In this document: positions 47,601 through 60,700 of the stretch, piece by piece
How positions within the stretch are numbered: the stretch's first letter is position 1
How the letters are laid out: each line of letters opens with the position of its first letter
IMG/VR virus record: IMGVR_UViG_3300020473_002010
Location: 5,737-69,736 of that record
From: a virus
Strand: one strand, 5' to 3'
DNA length: 64,000 nt
Made by a program: the position numbers and the translations under genes
Notes under the pieces: generated by a model
Told to the model about the DNA's origin: nothing
Databases searched by the model: none
Seen by the model: the letters and a program-made list of their open reading frames with translations, nothing else

Positions 47601-49157
47601 ATGTTTTATATCCTTACAGCTAGCGCAGATACGTACATAACCAATAAAGTTATAGATAATAAGTTCATGGCTACCGATGCCAATGTCGGCAGAGCCGGGA
47701 CGTTGGATCTCTTTAAGCTGTGGGATGAGTCCACATATATTTCAGCATCGACTAGAATCACATCTTCTGTTGACGAGCTTTCTAGAATATTGATAAAATT
47801 TGATTATGATGAAGTTGCAAAGCTTACATCCACATCTTTAGACTTAAACCACCCGTCATTTCAGGTAAAGCTAGAATTATTCGAGGCGGTCCTGGGTGCT
47901 CCGGTACCTGAAGATTTTAAGATTGTTGCATTTCCTTTAGCGAAAAGCTGGAGCGAGGGATCAGGCAGAAATGTTGCTCAGTTTAGTGATGTTGATGCAG
48001 CGAACTTTCTCACCGCATCCTATCTATCGACCGCCGCTTCATTGTGGAATACCTCTGGTTCTGGTGCTAGAGGCTTTATGGGTGACAGTAGCGTAGATTA
48101 TTGGATAAGTGGCACTGTTGGAAGCAGCACTATAGACTTCGGCTCAACGCAATTTTTTAGAGAAGGACCAGGAAAGTTATCGTTAAATGTCACTAAGGTT
48201 GTTTCTGCCTCCATATCAAATGCTGTTGAAAATCACGGATTTAGAATTTCATATAGTGGATCGTATGAGACAGACAGAAAGACTCGCTTTGTAAAGCGCT
48301 TTGCATCTCGTCATGCTCGGGATGCACTAATCACGCCCCGTCTTGTCTTTACATGGGATGATAGCATACAAGACAAGCACAAGGGATTATTGTTTAACGT
48401 ATCTTCAAGTTTATTCTTAAGAAACCTTGAGGCTGGTAAGCCTGCGCCGCTTGTCAGCGGTTCGTCATTAACTAAGTTACTTGGCCAAGATTGTATTCTA
48501 CTGCGATTCGTCTCATCTTCAGGTGATACCGCTAGGGAAAAGAGCATCTTTGTAACAGCTTCGCAGCATACAGGAAGCACAACTGGAGCAGGAATGACTG
48601 GAGTCTATTCAGGCACCTTTAATTTGTGTAGGTTTGACTCTACATTCTTTGAGACCCTTAAGCACAATGATGAGCTAGAATTAAAAGAGATCTGGTCTTC
48701 GATGGATAAAACTGTTGGCTTCTACACGGGGTCGGTTACTGTGAAGAAACAACAACGCGTAGTTGGAGGGTTTTCTAATAGAAGACTTCTGTTCACGCCA
48801 GTAGGTGCACAGCCAGAATATGAGCAAGATGTTGAGGCGACAATAAGATTTTTTGTAGAGGATCTAGATGCAGATTCCAATAAGAAAGCCTATAAGCTTC
48901 CAAGAAAATTAGAGACTATCATTATTGATGAAGCGTATTATCGAATAAAGGATGTTCAGACTGGTACGATTATAATAGATTTTGATAAGACACATCAAAG
49001 CACAAGGGTTTCGACAGATGGAAATGGAATGTATATGCAATTCCGGACTTCCGGTTTGCCGTCCCACAGGCAATTAACTGTGGATCTCTTGCTAGTTGAT
49101 CGCGGAATGGATCGTTTAGTAAAGGTACCAGAAATTAATTTCAGGGTTGTTTCGTAA
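47601..49157 (+). CDS. Virion structural protein (baseplate region)
   Basis: ASADTYI, SRILIKFD, WSEGSG, NHGF and PRLVFTWDD beta-rich pattern; between baseplate genes. Confidence 0.6.
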   Translation: MFYILTASADTYITNKVIDNKFMATDANVGRAGTLDLFKLWDESTYISASTRITSSVDELSRILIKFDYDEVAKLTSTSLDLNHPSFQVKLELFEAVLGAPVPEDFKIVAFPLAKSWSEGSGRNVAQFSDVDAANFLTASYLSTAASLWNTSGSGARGFMGDSSVDYWISGTVGSSTIDFGSTQFFREGPGKLSLNVTKVVSASISNAVENHGFRISYSGSYETDRKTRFVKRFASRHARDALITPRLVFTWDDSIQDKHKGLLFNVSSSLFLRNLEAGKPAPLVSGSSLTKLLGQDCILLRFVSSSGDTAREKSIFVTASQHTGSTTGAGMTGVYSGTFNLCRFDSTFFETLKHNDELELKEIWSSMDKTVGFYTGSVTVKKQQRVVGGFSNRRLLFTPVGAQPEYEQDVEATIRFFVEDLDADSNKKAYKLPRKLETIIIDEAYYRIKDVQTGTIIIDFDKTHQSTRVSTDGNGMYMQFRTSGLPSHRQLTVDLLLVDRGMDRLVKVPEINFRVVS

Positions 49158-52100
49158 TGGCTAAAAAAAGAGTCTTCGAGGGTCAAAGATTATTTACACC
49201 TAGCGTCATTCGAAGATACACAAACTCATCCGGTGTTTTAAGGGGTCAGACACAAGATTCGCTGTCTGGATCTCAAGAGCCCATGTCTATAAGCGGATCA
49301 TTTCGTTATGACCCCCCCGGCTCACCGCTAAAGTCCACTCAGCAATTGCCAACAGATTTTACCAAATGGGAAAATCACACATTCTTTTGCTCTGCTGAAG
49401 CAAATGTTAATATCGTTTTTGACAAGATTATAAACAACTTTCCGTTTGATGGAACAAAAAAAGAGTATGATGAGTGGGTTGACGGACTTACAGGATGGGA
49501 AAATCATGTTGTGCATAGGTACCCTTTATACAAAGGTTACTTGACGTTTAATTCTGCGTCCTTAGCAAACGGACCCTATATTGAGGTAGTAGATAAGGCA
49601 GGAATTCTTTTTCCATCATTGTCTAAGAATAACAGCGGCATGACGGTTTTGAACCCAAGATCAAACAGCATATTTGTTGAGCTTGATCTTGCTTTGCCAA
49701 AAGAAGCAAATGACGATCAGTTTATTTTCCATCATTTCTCTGATACGGGCGTCGGTTATGGTGCGTATATAAAAACCACTGCCGGCTGCAGTGACGCAAC
49801 CCTAGCAGCTACCGCTAGCTTCTCCATCGTTAGCGGCAGCAACTACCAGACTGTGAACTATGTCATGGAAAAAGGGAAATTCTATAGTCTCGGTTTCGGG
49901 TATAACCGAAATAACAGAGTTAAGAGATTACAAATAGTAAGCGGAACGACAGTCGTATCTCAATCTCCTCGATTCACATTTGGCTCGCTTAACACGCTTG
50001 GTAATTCTTTTCTTATCGGTACCGGGTCTGAGGTGGCATGTGATGATGGTAGAGTATTATTTACACCCGCCCTAACTTTTAGCGGGTCTATAAACCGATT
50101 CAGGGTGTGGAATAGAGCAAGGTCTAAAAAGCAATTAGATTACTATAACCCTCGTACTGTGTTTGCCGATGCCGATGGTCTCTTGATGAACATGCGCTTT
50201 AACGAACCTACTGGCTCTTATACGAATAAGAATGTTGTCTTAGACCACAGTGGAAATTCTCTGCATTCAAGAATCTCAAATTATTCTTTAGACGTGCGCT
50301 CTGAGAAACCGTATAATTCGTTACAAAGATTTGATAACGCTGTTTTAAGTCCTGTTTTGTTCCCGTCTTATCCAGACGTAGTCGATCTTAACCAGGGTTT
50401 GCTCATGAGCGCATCGCAATACGATGCGAATAACCCAAATTTAATTACTAAGCTTATTCCTGCTCACTATATGGAGATGGCCGCGCAATCAGACTATAGC
50501 GTTGGCGGTAATGCTGATGGTACTACGCTAGATGGGATTAAAGACGCCGCGAACCAGCCTGCGGCAACTTCTGCTCCTGGCGGTGCCAAGATGGGTCAGC
50601 CACAAATAATATCTTCACTGCTATTTATGTGGGCAAGAGAATTTGATGAGCTAAAGCAAATGCTAGACCACGTCAGTAATCTGGTCCATATAGATTATGA
50701 TAGAGAAGAATCAATAGCTGACCAATTCTTACCGTTCCTTGCAGATTATTACGGATTTAAGCTACCAAATATGTATCGAAACGCTACGCATAATCAGTTG
50801 TTTCACGGCGAAGACGTTACGGGAGACCTACCGGTTGGAAGTCTCATTGCGGTACAAAATGAAATGTGGCGACGGGTGTTGATTAACTTAAGAGAAATTT
50901 TCTCATCAAAAGGAACCACCCATGCTATAAAATCGCTATTTCGAGCCGCCGGAATCGATCCTAACAGGATGTTTCGCTTTATTGAGTACGGCGGTTCTCC
51001 AGAGTTCAGGCTTGGAAGTTCAAGGCAGAAGATAACAGAGATTTCTACCATGACTGATTTTTCTGGTAGTTTAGCAGGCGGCGGCACAGGACTACAGGCG
51101 CAAGGCTTTTATTCAAATCGATCAAACCTTATATCAACGTACCTTTCGTCATCACGAGTCGAGTGGGGTTGGCCCCCTCTTTCCGACGGCTCAGAATTTA
51201 AAGATAAAGATTTCGCTATTTTTGAAGACGGTAGTATAAGAAAGCCCTATTTCCCTTTCGGCATATCAGACGGTAAAAGTGATGGATTATTGACATCTGG
51301 CAGCTGGACAATAGAGGGCAGGTTTAAGTTTCCACCCATCGTAGAGTGGGACATGATGGCGAAGCCCCAAAGCCTATTTCGTCTACACACAACTGGTGCG
51401 GGCTCAAGAACCGGTGACGCCACCGCGGAACAACCACTGCTCCTCAATGTCGTGGCTGATCCAGCGAATTATAACGTTAAGCTTTTCGCTCGCCCTGGGT
51501 GGAAGTCGGGTATCGAGCAAGCTGCTCCACTCATAGAACTCACGCTAAGTGGCGTTAATGTATTCTCAGGAGATAAGTGGTATGTTTCAGCAGGGCGCAC
51601 TAGATGCGATCAGATTGGAAATGCGTTGTCTTCGAGCTATTTCTTAAACGTTGCTAGACAAGAAAACGGCACGATTAGAGAGTTCTATACAACATCTTCT
51701 GCATGGGCAGAAGCAGCAGATCCCAACAAAAACCTCTTCCAAAGAATTACGGCAGAAAACACATCTGGATCGTTCATAGTAATAGGGTCACAATCATTAG
51801 GTATCGACCCATCGATTGGGTACCTAAACAGCCACCAAGAAGTATCAGCGTCTGCGCCCCGTACGACTAATTTTGCTGGAAGAGCCAGTCATATCAGGTT
51901 TTTCTCTAAAGCCTTGACTCGCGCAGAAGTAAAAGAGCATATTTTGAACTTTAAGTCCTTGGGTGTAGAAGATCCTCTAAAGAACTTTTCCTTCGCGCAA
52001 GACGCTACAGGATCTTTTAACAGGTTAAGGTTAGACATATCATGTGATCAACCCCTTACAAAATCTTTATCAGATGGCACCCTAAAGCTAATTGACTTTT

Positions 52101-52828
52101 CGCAGCAATCTAAATTAAATAGGGAGTCTGTCCCGACGATTGATGGACTGGCTGGGTTATCTGGGGGCGCATTATTTACAACAGCTTCAGAATACGGTGC
52201 GATCCTAAGAGGGTTTGAGACGAGCAAAGAAATTATAATTCCTGAAAGGTTCGACTTTAGTGCATTATCCTCGTATTACGACGAGGTCACACAAGAAAAC
52301 AAGATAAGGGTCCAAGGTTTCACTCAAGGGAAAAATCTTTTTGAGCTTGGTGGACGACCCGGCCCGATTTATGAAATGCCTCGGGCTTATGAGCCGAAAG
52401 ATGATTCAAGATTTGCGATAGAATTTTCAGTGATGCAAGCCTTGAATGAAGATATAATGCAGATATTTGCTACGCTTGATTCTCTAGACAACATTCTTGG
52501 CGCCCCAGAATTAATGTTTGCAGAAGAGTACCCTGGTCTAGCAGACCTTCGAAAGGTTTATTTCAATCGACTTACAGATACAGTAAACTATAAGAATTTC
52601 TTTGATTTCTTCAGGTGGCTGGATGACTCATTTGACGTTATGATTGAAAATCTTATTCCGAGAAAGACAAATTATCTTGGGTTTAACTTCATACTAGAAA
52701 GTCATGCGCTGGAAAGAGCGAAGGTCGCTCATGGTTACGGTGACGTTTATCTTGGAGAAAGCACTAGAAGAAACCTAAAAGGGATCATTCTCTTAAGGCA
52801 GCTGATAGCTCAGGTTAGGAAGATATAA
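49157..52828 (+). CDS. Large baseplate/tail protein with LamG-like domains and a wedge (P2 gpI/gp7-like) motif
   Basis: FLPFLADYYGF...WRRVLINLREIFSSKGTTHAIKSLF. Two LamG-type endings: FSGSINRFRVWNRAR and FAGRASHIRFFSKALT. Confidence 0.65.
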   Translation: MAKKRVFEGQRLFTPSVIRRYTNSSGVLRGQTQDSLSGSQEPMSISGSFRYDPPGSPLKSTQQLPTDFTKWENHTFFCSAEANVNIVFDKIINNFPFDGTKKEYDEWVDGLTGWENHVVHRYPLYKGYLTFNSASLANGPYIEVVDKAGILFPSLSKNNSGMTVLNPRSNSIFVELDLALPKEANDDQFIFHHFSDTGVGYGAYIKTTAGCSDATLAATASFSIVSGSNYQTVNYVMEKGKFYSLGFGYNRNNRVKRLQIVSGTTVVSQSPRFTFGSLNTLGNSFLIGTGSEVACDDGRVLFTPALTFSGSINRFRVWNRARSKKQLDYYNPRTVFADADGLLMNMRFNEPTGSYTNKNVVLDHSGNSLHSRISNYSLDVRSEKPYNSLQRFDNAVLSPVLFPSYPDVVDLNQGLLMSASQYDANNPNLITKLIPAHYMEMAAQSDYSVGGNADGTTLDGIKDAANQPAATSAPGGAKMGQPQIISSLLFMWAREFDELKQMLDHVSNLVHIDYDREESIADQFLPFLADYYGFKLPNMYRNATHNQLFHGEDVTGDLPVGSLIAVQNEMWRRVLINLREIFSSKGTTHAIKSLFRAAGIDPNRMFRFIEYGGSPEFRLGSSRQKITEISTMTDFSGSLAGGGTGLQAQGFYSNRSNLISTYLSSSRVEWGWPPLSDGSEFKDKDFAIFEDGSIRKPYFPFGISDGKSDGLLTSGSWTIEGRFKFPPIVEWDMMAKPQSLFRLHTTGAGSRTGDATAEQPLLLNVVADPANYNVKLFARPGWKSGIEQAAPLIELTLSGVNVFSGDKWYVSAGRTRCDQIGNALSSSYFLNVARQENGTIREFYTTSSAWAEAADPNKNLFQRITAENTSGSFIVIGSQSLGIDPSIGYLNSHQEVSASAPRTTNFAGRASHIRFFSKALTRAEVKEHILNFKSLGVEDPLKNFSFAQDATGSFNRLRLDISCDQPLTKSLSDGTLKLIDFSQQSKLNRESVPTIDGLAGLSGGALFTTASEYGAILRGFETSKEIIIPERFDFSALSSYYDEVTQENKIRVQGFTQGKNLFELGGRPGPIYEMPRAYEPKDDSRFAIEFSVMQALNEDIMQIFATLDSLDNILGAPELMFAEEYPGLADLRKVYFNRLTDTVNYKNFFDFFRWLDDSFDVMIENLIPRKTNYLGFNFILESHALERAKVAHGYGDVYLGESTRRNLKGIILLRQLIAQVRKI

Positions 52829-54738
52829 TGGCGAAAACACAAAGAGTTTTAAGCGGTAGCAGGACAAAGGGATCAACAGCATCTCCGTCTGGCTCCATTA
52901 TATATTCCTACCAGGGTATTTACGCTGATACGAATGCGTCTTATTTCGGGAGCCTCCTACCCCGCATTGGGTCCGGAAATAGAACAAAGCTTTATAAGGG
53001 CTCTAAGCCGTTATCAGAAAACCAGTTCGATGATTCCCTTGTAATAAATAACGACACTGCCGATATGAGGGGCGTTAGTGGGTCTATCATTACTACAAGA
53101 ATCGGCTTCGATTTGGAAAGGATGACTTTCGGGCAGGCACCAACAATACAAAAAGGTGAGCCGTTCGCAGATATCAGCGGATTTGATCCTGTGTCCTATA
53201 TCCAGGACCCTGGCCACACGCTTTGGCCTGCAAATCTTTGGAATATAGGCAGTTTACCGGATCATGAGTTTGATGGAGTCATAGAAGTTTTTGATGTTCG
53301 TACTGAGATGCTTGGTCAAGTAGACACACGTTATGAAGGTCACGCACCGAGGGGTGCTTTAGTAGGGTCATTTTCTGAGAACCCCTTCGGCAGCTATGAA
53401 ATATCTGACAGCTGGAAAAGATCAGACCACCCGATATCACCTTTTTTCGATGGCCCCAATGAGATGTCAAGAGATAGAGCGAGGGACATCCCTGTATTGG
53501 CTAGAATGACGTTTACAGCAGCGTCCTCATCGTGGGCCGACCCTAATTCTGTGGTACCAGCGCCAGGGTATTTAGGACTTGTGGATGAAACGACATATCC
53601 AGTAGTGGATAGAGACTACCACAAGCTGCTATACTCAAAAATCTATAAGGGGAACCCACCGTCTACGTTCTTGGAGCAGAAAAAGTACAACCTAACTAGT
53701 GATTTTACCACCAGGCTTTATCCAGCATTTAATGTTCAAGAAAACAGGTATCAATCCTCTGCAAATCTCATCGGTTGGTGGCCTCTTGATGAGCCGTTTG
53801 GAAGTCTTGTAGCCATAGACAGCGCCACGCTAGCTATGACGGGTGCGATAGGAAATACTGGTGTCACTTGCGGATATACTACGGACAACCCAGCTGCGAA
53901 CTTCAACAACAGTTTGTCATACATTTACCCTAGCTCTTTTTCATTCGCAGGTACCTCGGTCGGTGCGTCTGTAAAAATTCCAGGATTTAATTCTGGTGAC
54001 GGATCCTCATGGGATGAACTTGTTGGTGGTAATTTTGGCACCAACAGCAACACCTTAAAAGACATTTCGATATCAATCTGGGTCCGCGGACCAGCCACCG
54101 CCGATAATGGCATAGCCATGATTATCGGTGACATCAGGTCCCCGGCATCAACGTACGGTGGCAGCATTTACATCTGGATCAAGACTGACGGCTCGATGCA
54201 ATGGGTCCGCAAGTCAGGTGGGAATTATTATCGTATAACCTCAGCCGCGAATACGGTGCTAAACGGCGCCAACGGAGGATGGACCCACATTCTCTGTACA
54301 GGTGAATTTTCAAAATTCGATGGGTCTACCCACGACGCCGAAGCGCTCATGAAAGTGTATATAAACGGTGAATTGATAAATCCAGCCAGCAGTGATAATG
54401 AGGCGAATACACTCTCGGGTGATAATGCGAGCATCTTGGTAAATGAAGCTAAAATTGGTGCTGCGCAAAACACGGCCAGTAACTTCTGGTGGTGGGCGGG
54501 TGGTATTTCAAATGCCGCTGTTTGGAATAAAGCCTTGTCGGCCGAAGAGGTGAAAGCAGTCTTTTCAGCGCAGTTTTTTGAAGTGAGCGGTGGAAAAACC
54601 CAGGACCCAATGGTGTCTGCCTTAGAAGAGCTAAATACTGATTCTTGCAACGCTTTGACAAACCCTCTTGAAGAAAGAGCAAATCACGGATTTTACTTCG
54701 GGAAAAAAGCTGGTTCAATTGTATACGGTGATTGGTAA
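52828..54738 (+). CDS. Virion protein with a LamG/concanavalin A-like domain
   Basis: LIGWWPLDE, ISISIWVR, WTHI, VYINGE, AGGISNAAVWNKALSAEEV. Confidence 0.7.
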   Translation: MAKTQRVLSGSRTKGSTASPSGSIIYSYQGIYADTNASYFGSLLPRIGSGNRTKLYKGSKPLSENQFDDSLVINNDTADMRGVSGSIITTRIGFDLERMTFGQAPTIQKGEPFADISGFDPVSYIQDPGHTLWPANLWNIGSLPDHEFDGVIEVFDVRTEMLGQVDTRYEGHAPRGALVGSFSENPFGSYEISDSWKRSDHPISPFFDGPNEMSRDRARDIPVLARMTFTAASSSWADPNSVVPAPGYLGLVDETTYPVVDRDYHKLLYSKIYKGNPPSTFLEQKKYNLTSDFTTRLYPAFNVQENRYQSSANLIGWWPLDEPFGSLVAIDSATLAMTGAIGNTGVTCGYTTDNPAANFNNSLSYIYPSSFSFAGTSVGASVKIPGFNSGDGSSWDELVGGNFGTNSNTLKDISISIWVRGPATADNGIAMIIGDIRSPASTYGGSIYIWIKTDGSMQWVRKSGGNYYRITSAANTVLNGANGGWTHILCTGEFSKFDGSTHDAEALMKVYINGELINPASSDNEANTLSGDNASILVNEAKIGAAQNTASNFWWWAGGISNAAVWNKALSAEEVKAVFSAQFFEVSGGKTQDPMVSALEELNTDSCNALTNPLEERANHGFYFGKKAGSIVYGDW

Positions 54739-57700
54739 ATGAGAATAAATAATAAGACATTTGTACCTGATTTAGCTAGCGACTCTGTACAGGGTACGCC
54801 TGGTAAGGGAAAAGTCCGCCTGACTAAATTCGAGTCGGTTCGAAATACGAATGATATGGTATCTGTATCAAGCCCTAAGCTTGTTTCGAATGTCAGGTTT
54901 AACCAGTTCGGTAAGGCTCCGGGTAATTCCCAATTAATAGATAGAGCAGACTCTTCGAACTTGTGGAACTTCCGCCGCGGAATCGAGAACGATGCAGGTA
55001 ATAGCGCTATTGAATCGGGCGTGTTAGTCGGTATGAATAATCGGCAAAAAATTTACAAGTCCCCAGCAATTACACAGATTAATTTTGAGGGATCCGATGC
55101 AAAGATGCATGCAGAATATGTACAGCAGGCTTTGTCTTTAGGTCGAGTAAAGCTTCCTCAGAGATGCTTTGTTCAGCTTGATGATGCATCTAGCATGTCA
55201 CCCAGTAATTTAGGTCCGAACTCATCCGGTGGCGCCGGCGCCGTGTACGGAAATTACGACGGTCAGACGTACATGTTTAGAGTGATGGTAGACTCGGGCC
55301 GACAAACAGCATCCCACAGGAGAGACAAATGCGCTTTCGCCATCGCTGGCGCAGCTGGTCATAACATATACGCCAGTCAAACCGCCATGCAAATGAATAT
55401 CGTCGGTGCACCAAGTGCCGCCGCCCCGTACGATTCAGCAAGTAGCACGGTCGCGGTTGAGTTTATGCTTCTTGATGCTAACGGTACTGCCTACACCCTC
55501 TCCACCGCCGCCGGGAGTTACGGTCTTGTTGAAGACGAGTGGTACACGGTTTTTCTTCGTTTTGCTCTGCCCTTTGATAATACCACAAACAACAATGTGC
55601 TACGCCAAGAAATTCAAATATTCTCAATGAAGACAGGCGCGCAAGTTGCTACGGCAACCAACGACACTACAGCGTTTATCGGATTTCGTACTCTCACAGG
55701 TACGCCAAGGGCGATTATTGGGTACGGCGAAGACGGCGGCGGTGTAAACACCGACTACACACTAAATGATTTTATAGAAGGTGTTAATCTTGCCGAGTTT
55801 GCTTGCTGGGCAGGAGCGCTCAATGATGATACTATAAAAAGCATCGCAAAAGCGCACCTTTTAGAAAATCCGTATAAATCCGGCCTCGATAATCGTCCTG
55901 TAAAAAGAGTCCAGCAAATATTCGATTCAATGGATGCTTTCCCCGCCCAAACAAAAACAACGGGCAAAAGGTTAGACAGATCACAGGATCCCTATAACTC
56001 AATGATTGAAAAGAATTTTGGGTTAATAGAGCCGATGGTCTATCCAGAAATGATTCCTGCTCGGTTATATTCTGGGTCCGGTGGGTACTTTGGTGGAAAG
56101 CGATTACAGACTGACGCCAACCCGAATAAAGCGCTTGGCTATGGCAGCTCATATTTTCCTTATCTTTTCGGTAGTGGAACGCAAGAAGGATTTTTCCCTT
56201 CAACAAAATACATGCGCGGAACCCTTCATGAGGTGCCGCTTAAGGACGGCCAGTTTAAAGACATTATGAGCACTCCGTTCGAGTGGAGACTTGTAACAAC
56301 CGGTGCTCAATACCCTGGTGTGGCACATAGAGAAACTGAGATACTAAATAAAATATCTGTCAAAGGATACGGCACCGGCATCGGCCAGAGTCTATCTGGT
56401 GCTTTAGACGCTGCTTTAGGCGGCCATATATCACCCTTTGATGATAACGCTGCGCCTCCTAATGCCGAAGCGATAAATGAGATAGCAACACCGGAATCAG
56501 TTATAGAAGGTCTTAACCAGCGATTAGGAGACATCGTCCGGATTGAGATACCTATTCCTACGATAGAAGATGCTGTTATGGGTGTTGACGCAGCCCAGGG
56601 CCGCATTGCGTCGATGGCGTACTATAATTTTGAAACGCAAAAGTGGGATCGTAAATTTATGCCCGGAATCTCTGGTTCCAATGTGCGCTCTGTGAACACA
56701 CTGAACGGTACTGGTGGTCCTTCTGAGGTATCTAATAATTTTTGGAATGATGCACGAGACTTTTTGTTGCATTCGTGCTCTATAGGTTTCGGTGGTACAG
56801 CAGGATTTAGCATCTTCACAGATGAGCGTGAACGCGCTCTGATGGACTTGCCAACACGTGGCCGTCCGACTTCGATGTACGGGTTTCCCCACTTAGACCA
56901 GTATGAGGGCGCCTCGGGCCAGACTCTAAAAATATCAGATTATATAGACGAGCCGTTTCTACTTCAAAAAATAGCAGTTGAGTTTGAGGGTGAAGTTGAG
57001 GAAGCTGGTCCAGCCTCCATTGCGACAACGATTCGAACACCCCGTCGCTGGCGCGCCGCTCGTCAATGGTACCGCTATAACACTTACCAGCCAGCTACTC
57101 CCGGATCGCTGGTATTCGCCGAAACGCTAAAGCAGTCTGGTATTCCGGGAATGTCGATGTTTTATAGGTCTATGAATGTTTCGTTGACTCGAACAGGATC
57201 TGTTGGCGGCCGCCGGCGTCCAAACATGATAGACATAACCAGGAAAGGGGTCAATCTAGGCCTTTCATGGGTCGGTGGGGAAACGCTTCAAAACGGTCTT
57301 AACCCATCTCTTTCCGGTGATAATGATGCAGGATTGCTTGGTTATCCACAGCTCTCACAGCTGACTTCGCAAGCGCATATGAACCCTTACCCTACATTCG
57401 TTGGCGGGTCCACTCGTCCCGCAATAGCCGATTTTTCTTATGCTTATCAAGAGCTTTTGGCGTACGCCGGCGGGTGGCAAAACTATAATTGGGAACACGT
57501 CTCGTTAGCCGCCAAAACTGACAAGAAGGGATTTCCCAAAAGTGAAGACAGGCTTTTCGCTGTCCAGGATACGACAAATGCGGCGTCATCTTTTAGCGGA
57601 GTTGGGCTCTCGCAATTCCGCGGCATGACCGCAACTGGTTACACCAGCGCAGCCGCGTCTGATGTGAATCCTGTCGGCAATGTGGCAGTACCATCAAAAT

Positions 57701-60700
57701 TCCCAGATTTCTTAACATCTACGACTGGATATTATTCTTCTAATCCTTCGGTAATGATGTACTACAACATTCCTGCTGGTGTATTTCTTCCACAAATTGA
57801 GCGAGCGCCAAGCACCGATGCCGACCTTGGTTGGGCCCGCGGCCGACGCGATGGTGTGGAAGTCGGTGGCGCTGTCAAGCTGCTGTTTGGCGGTATTTCT
57901 GGGCTTGTTACCGGCTCCTATACACCGAATCAACTCGCAATTCATAATTATTTTTCTTCTGGTAGTGACCCTCGCGGGGACGGCCCACGATCAAACCGCT
58001 TTGTAGATAGAACAGACGGATGGCGTAAGCCGTTCTGGGAGTGCAGAAATTACGTAACTTTCGTAGATTCATTTACGATAACGTCTGGTGGTGTCATGCA
58101 TAGTACTGCTGGTAAGTGGAGGGCACAATCTCCCTCCGCGCTTCCGCACATGTACGACTCAGGCTCAGGTCTGCCATCAACGCTTCCGAGTGATGTAGCA
58201 CCAGACACAACAGGTGGTGCTCCCTTTTGGAGGTGTGATACTTTCTTTCTTTTACACCAGAAAAAAGGCAAGGCAAGATTTGTTGGTGGGCAAGCTGAAA
58301 TTGTTAGCGCTCCAGCAAAAGATAGCTTTGAGCGACTGTCCGGTAGAACAACATCGACCGGAGTCGATAAGCGAGTAAATGCAGCGCTCTCGATTGGGCA
58401 ATGGAAGCTTTATAACAACGGCACCATACTACCAGGATGGCAAGCTGGTACCAACGACAAGAATGGACCCTCTCCAGGCTTCGCTGTTGATGCCGGAGAG
58501 CAATCTTCTACTCTCGAGCAAGCATTTTCTGATGGGCTAGGACCGTGGATAGGCACCCAAAATACTGCCTCACCCACTGGTAATACGATGCTCCAAATAA
58601 CAGAGAGGAACAGAAGAATTGACCTTCAGGAAACCTCACAAGAGTTTCTTGGCTCCAGCAGAACAACTCATAGAGAGCTAATAACCTATGCGCAGATTAC
58701 CCACTTTGGATACGCAGCGACTGAGGCAGTTGTACCCGGCGCAATTATTCCGCCAGAGAATTATTACGTTAGCTCTTCCGCCGCTGAGGGTAACCAGCCC
58801 ACATCCGGTAGAGAATTCGATGGAACATCTGGTACGGGTAAAGATGCTGCCGGCCGATTACTTCCTGTTACAAGATCGTTTTATTCTCAAGCAATAAAGC
58901 TTGGCGCCACCAATTCTAGTTGGGTGATGACCGGGTATAACAAACAGCAGCTACTGCGGTGGTCGCGACTTGGCGCAGGATCACGTTCACGCTGGAATTC
59001 AGCTTCAAGGCTCTATGCTGGAGAGGCGAATAATAACCCTCTTTATACGACATCGTCAGACCAGTACAAAACAAATTACATGGCTACGTACATGCCAGCC
59101 GATCAGCGCACCCAGCGGGGGATCGTTGGAGAGCATCTAGGAGCTGATAATTTAATAGAGACAGGGTCTGTTGGAAATCCGATGTTTTTGGATCCCGGCG
59201 CAGGCTCAGGAAATGGTAATTTCTGGAGATTTTCCGAGTACGATGTATTCGGGGATGCAACAACAAATTCCAGCGCAGAGTATCTGACGGGTAAACCGTT
59301 TATGCGACAATACAGGTGGAGCCAGTGGATGGAAAACCCGGTATACGGCGGCTCCAGGGCTTCACACTGTGATACCGCCGCCAACCCAAGCTTTGTTCAG
59401 TTTGGGCCAGGAGACTGGAATACTGGAGACGCCAAGCTAATTTTTGACGATGCAGCGGATTCCGTCGGTGAGGTCGCATCATATAATCAAATTCCTGAAT
59501 TCAAACCAGGTGGCTATCCTGTTGCATCCGGCTCTAAGATAACCGGTGGAAAATCAAACTTCATGAATATAGACTGGCGGTACCAGTGTGGCGTTCACTA
59601 TAACTCTGCTATGGATACTGCACCCATCGGTTTAGCGCCCGGGCCCCGTTATCGCACGAATGAAGGAGCTGATGCCTGGCTTTCTACCGACCCATGGACT
59701 AATTCAATGCCTGGACTCGGTAAATGGTGGGCAGTTGGTGGACGCGCTCTGAGAGGAGTAAACAACGCTGCGGGTGTCTGGCCAACAGGATCAAATTTCA
59801 TCGGCTCGATGGTCTCATCCGCGTCACAGCCGTGGCACGGCACTGCTATTACGAGGACAGGCTTTAGCATTATCACTTCCCCGACCACTCCTGTCCCAAG
59901 TGGTTCTCACCCTGACTTGGCGACATTCGGATCATTCCACACTCCCGGAAAGATTTGGTTCGGGGGTCGTCGTTACTCTGGCGTTGGTGGATATATCGGT
60001 GCTGGAATTTCCACTGCCCTAAATGCGCATGCTCGTGACCGGTACTTCACATCAAGTAATCCGATAAAAGTACCTTCCTGGTTAGACGCAGGACTATCCA
60101 GAGATTTGGACATTGAAGTTGGGTGGAAATTTACTCATGCTGCAAAAGAAGTTGGAGACGGCGTCGCTGGCTTCACAATTTTAACAGCTAGCACCGTGTT
60201 CCCACCAGGTGATTTAGCAGGAAGGTTTAATGGTGACCATAAGCTGCGCGCAACGTTTAAGGAGCGCCGTCTATTAAATGCTGGAAACTTCCGGGTCGTC
60301 GCAGACATAAAATCTCAACCTGCAGCAGCTGTTGATTCAGCGGCCTTGTTTTGTTTCACTGCTCCCGCGGAGAGGCAATACCTTGTTGGAACAGGATCGG
60401 TTCCATTCGGTGGACTGTACGTTGAAACCGCGCAGACCACACCAACGACGAGGACCTTTCAACAGTTATCATTCGGTGATAATGCAAGGTTCTCAAATGA
60501 TAGAATATGGTGGAGGGCTCATGCAATCGACGGCGGGTATATTGGTAATACAACTGCTAAAGAGTGGACAACACTCTTAGGTGAAGACCCACAGCTTTCC
60601 AGCCCTCGGAGATATGTCGCGGCAGTGGGTGGAAATAAGCCAATTAATAAGGTCAACTTATCATCTTCTGTCCGTGCGATGTTACCGACTCAAATCCCCC

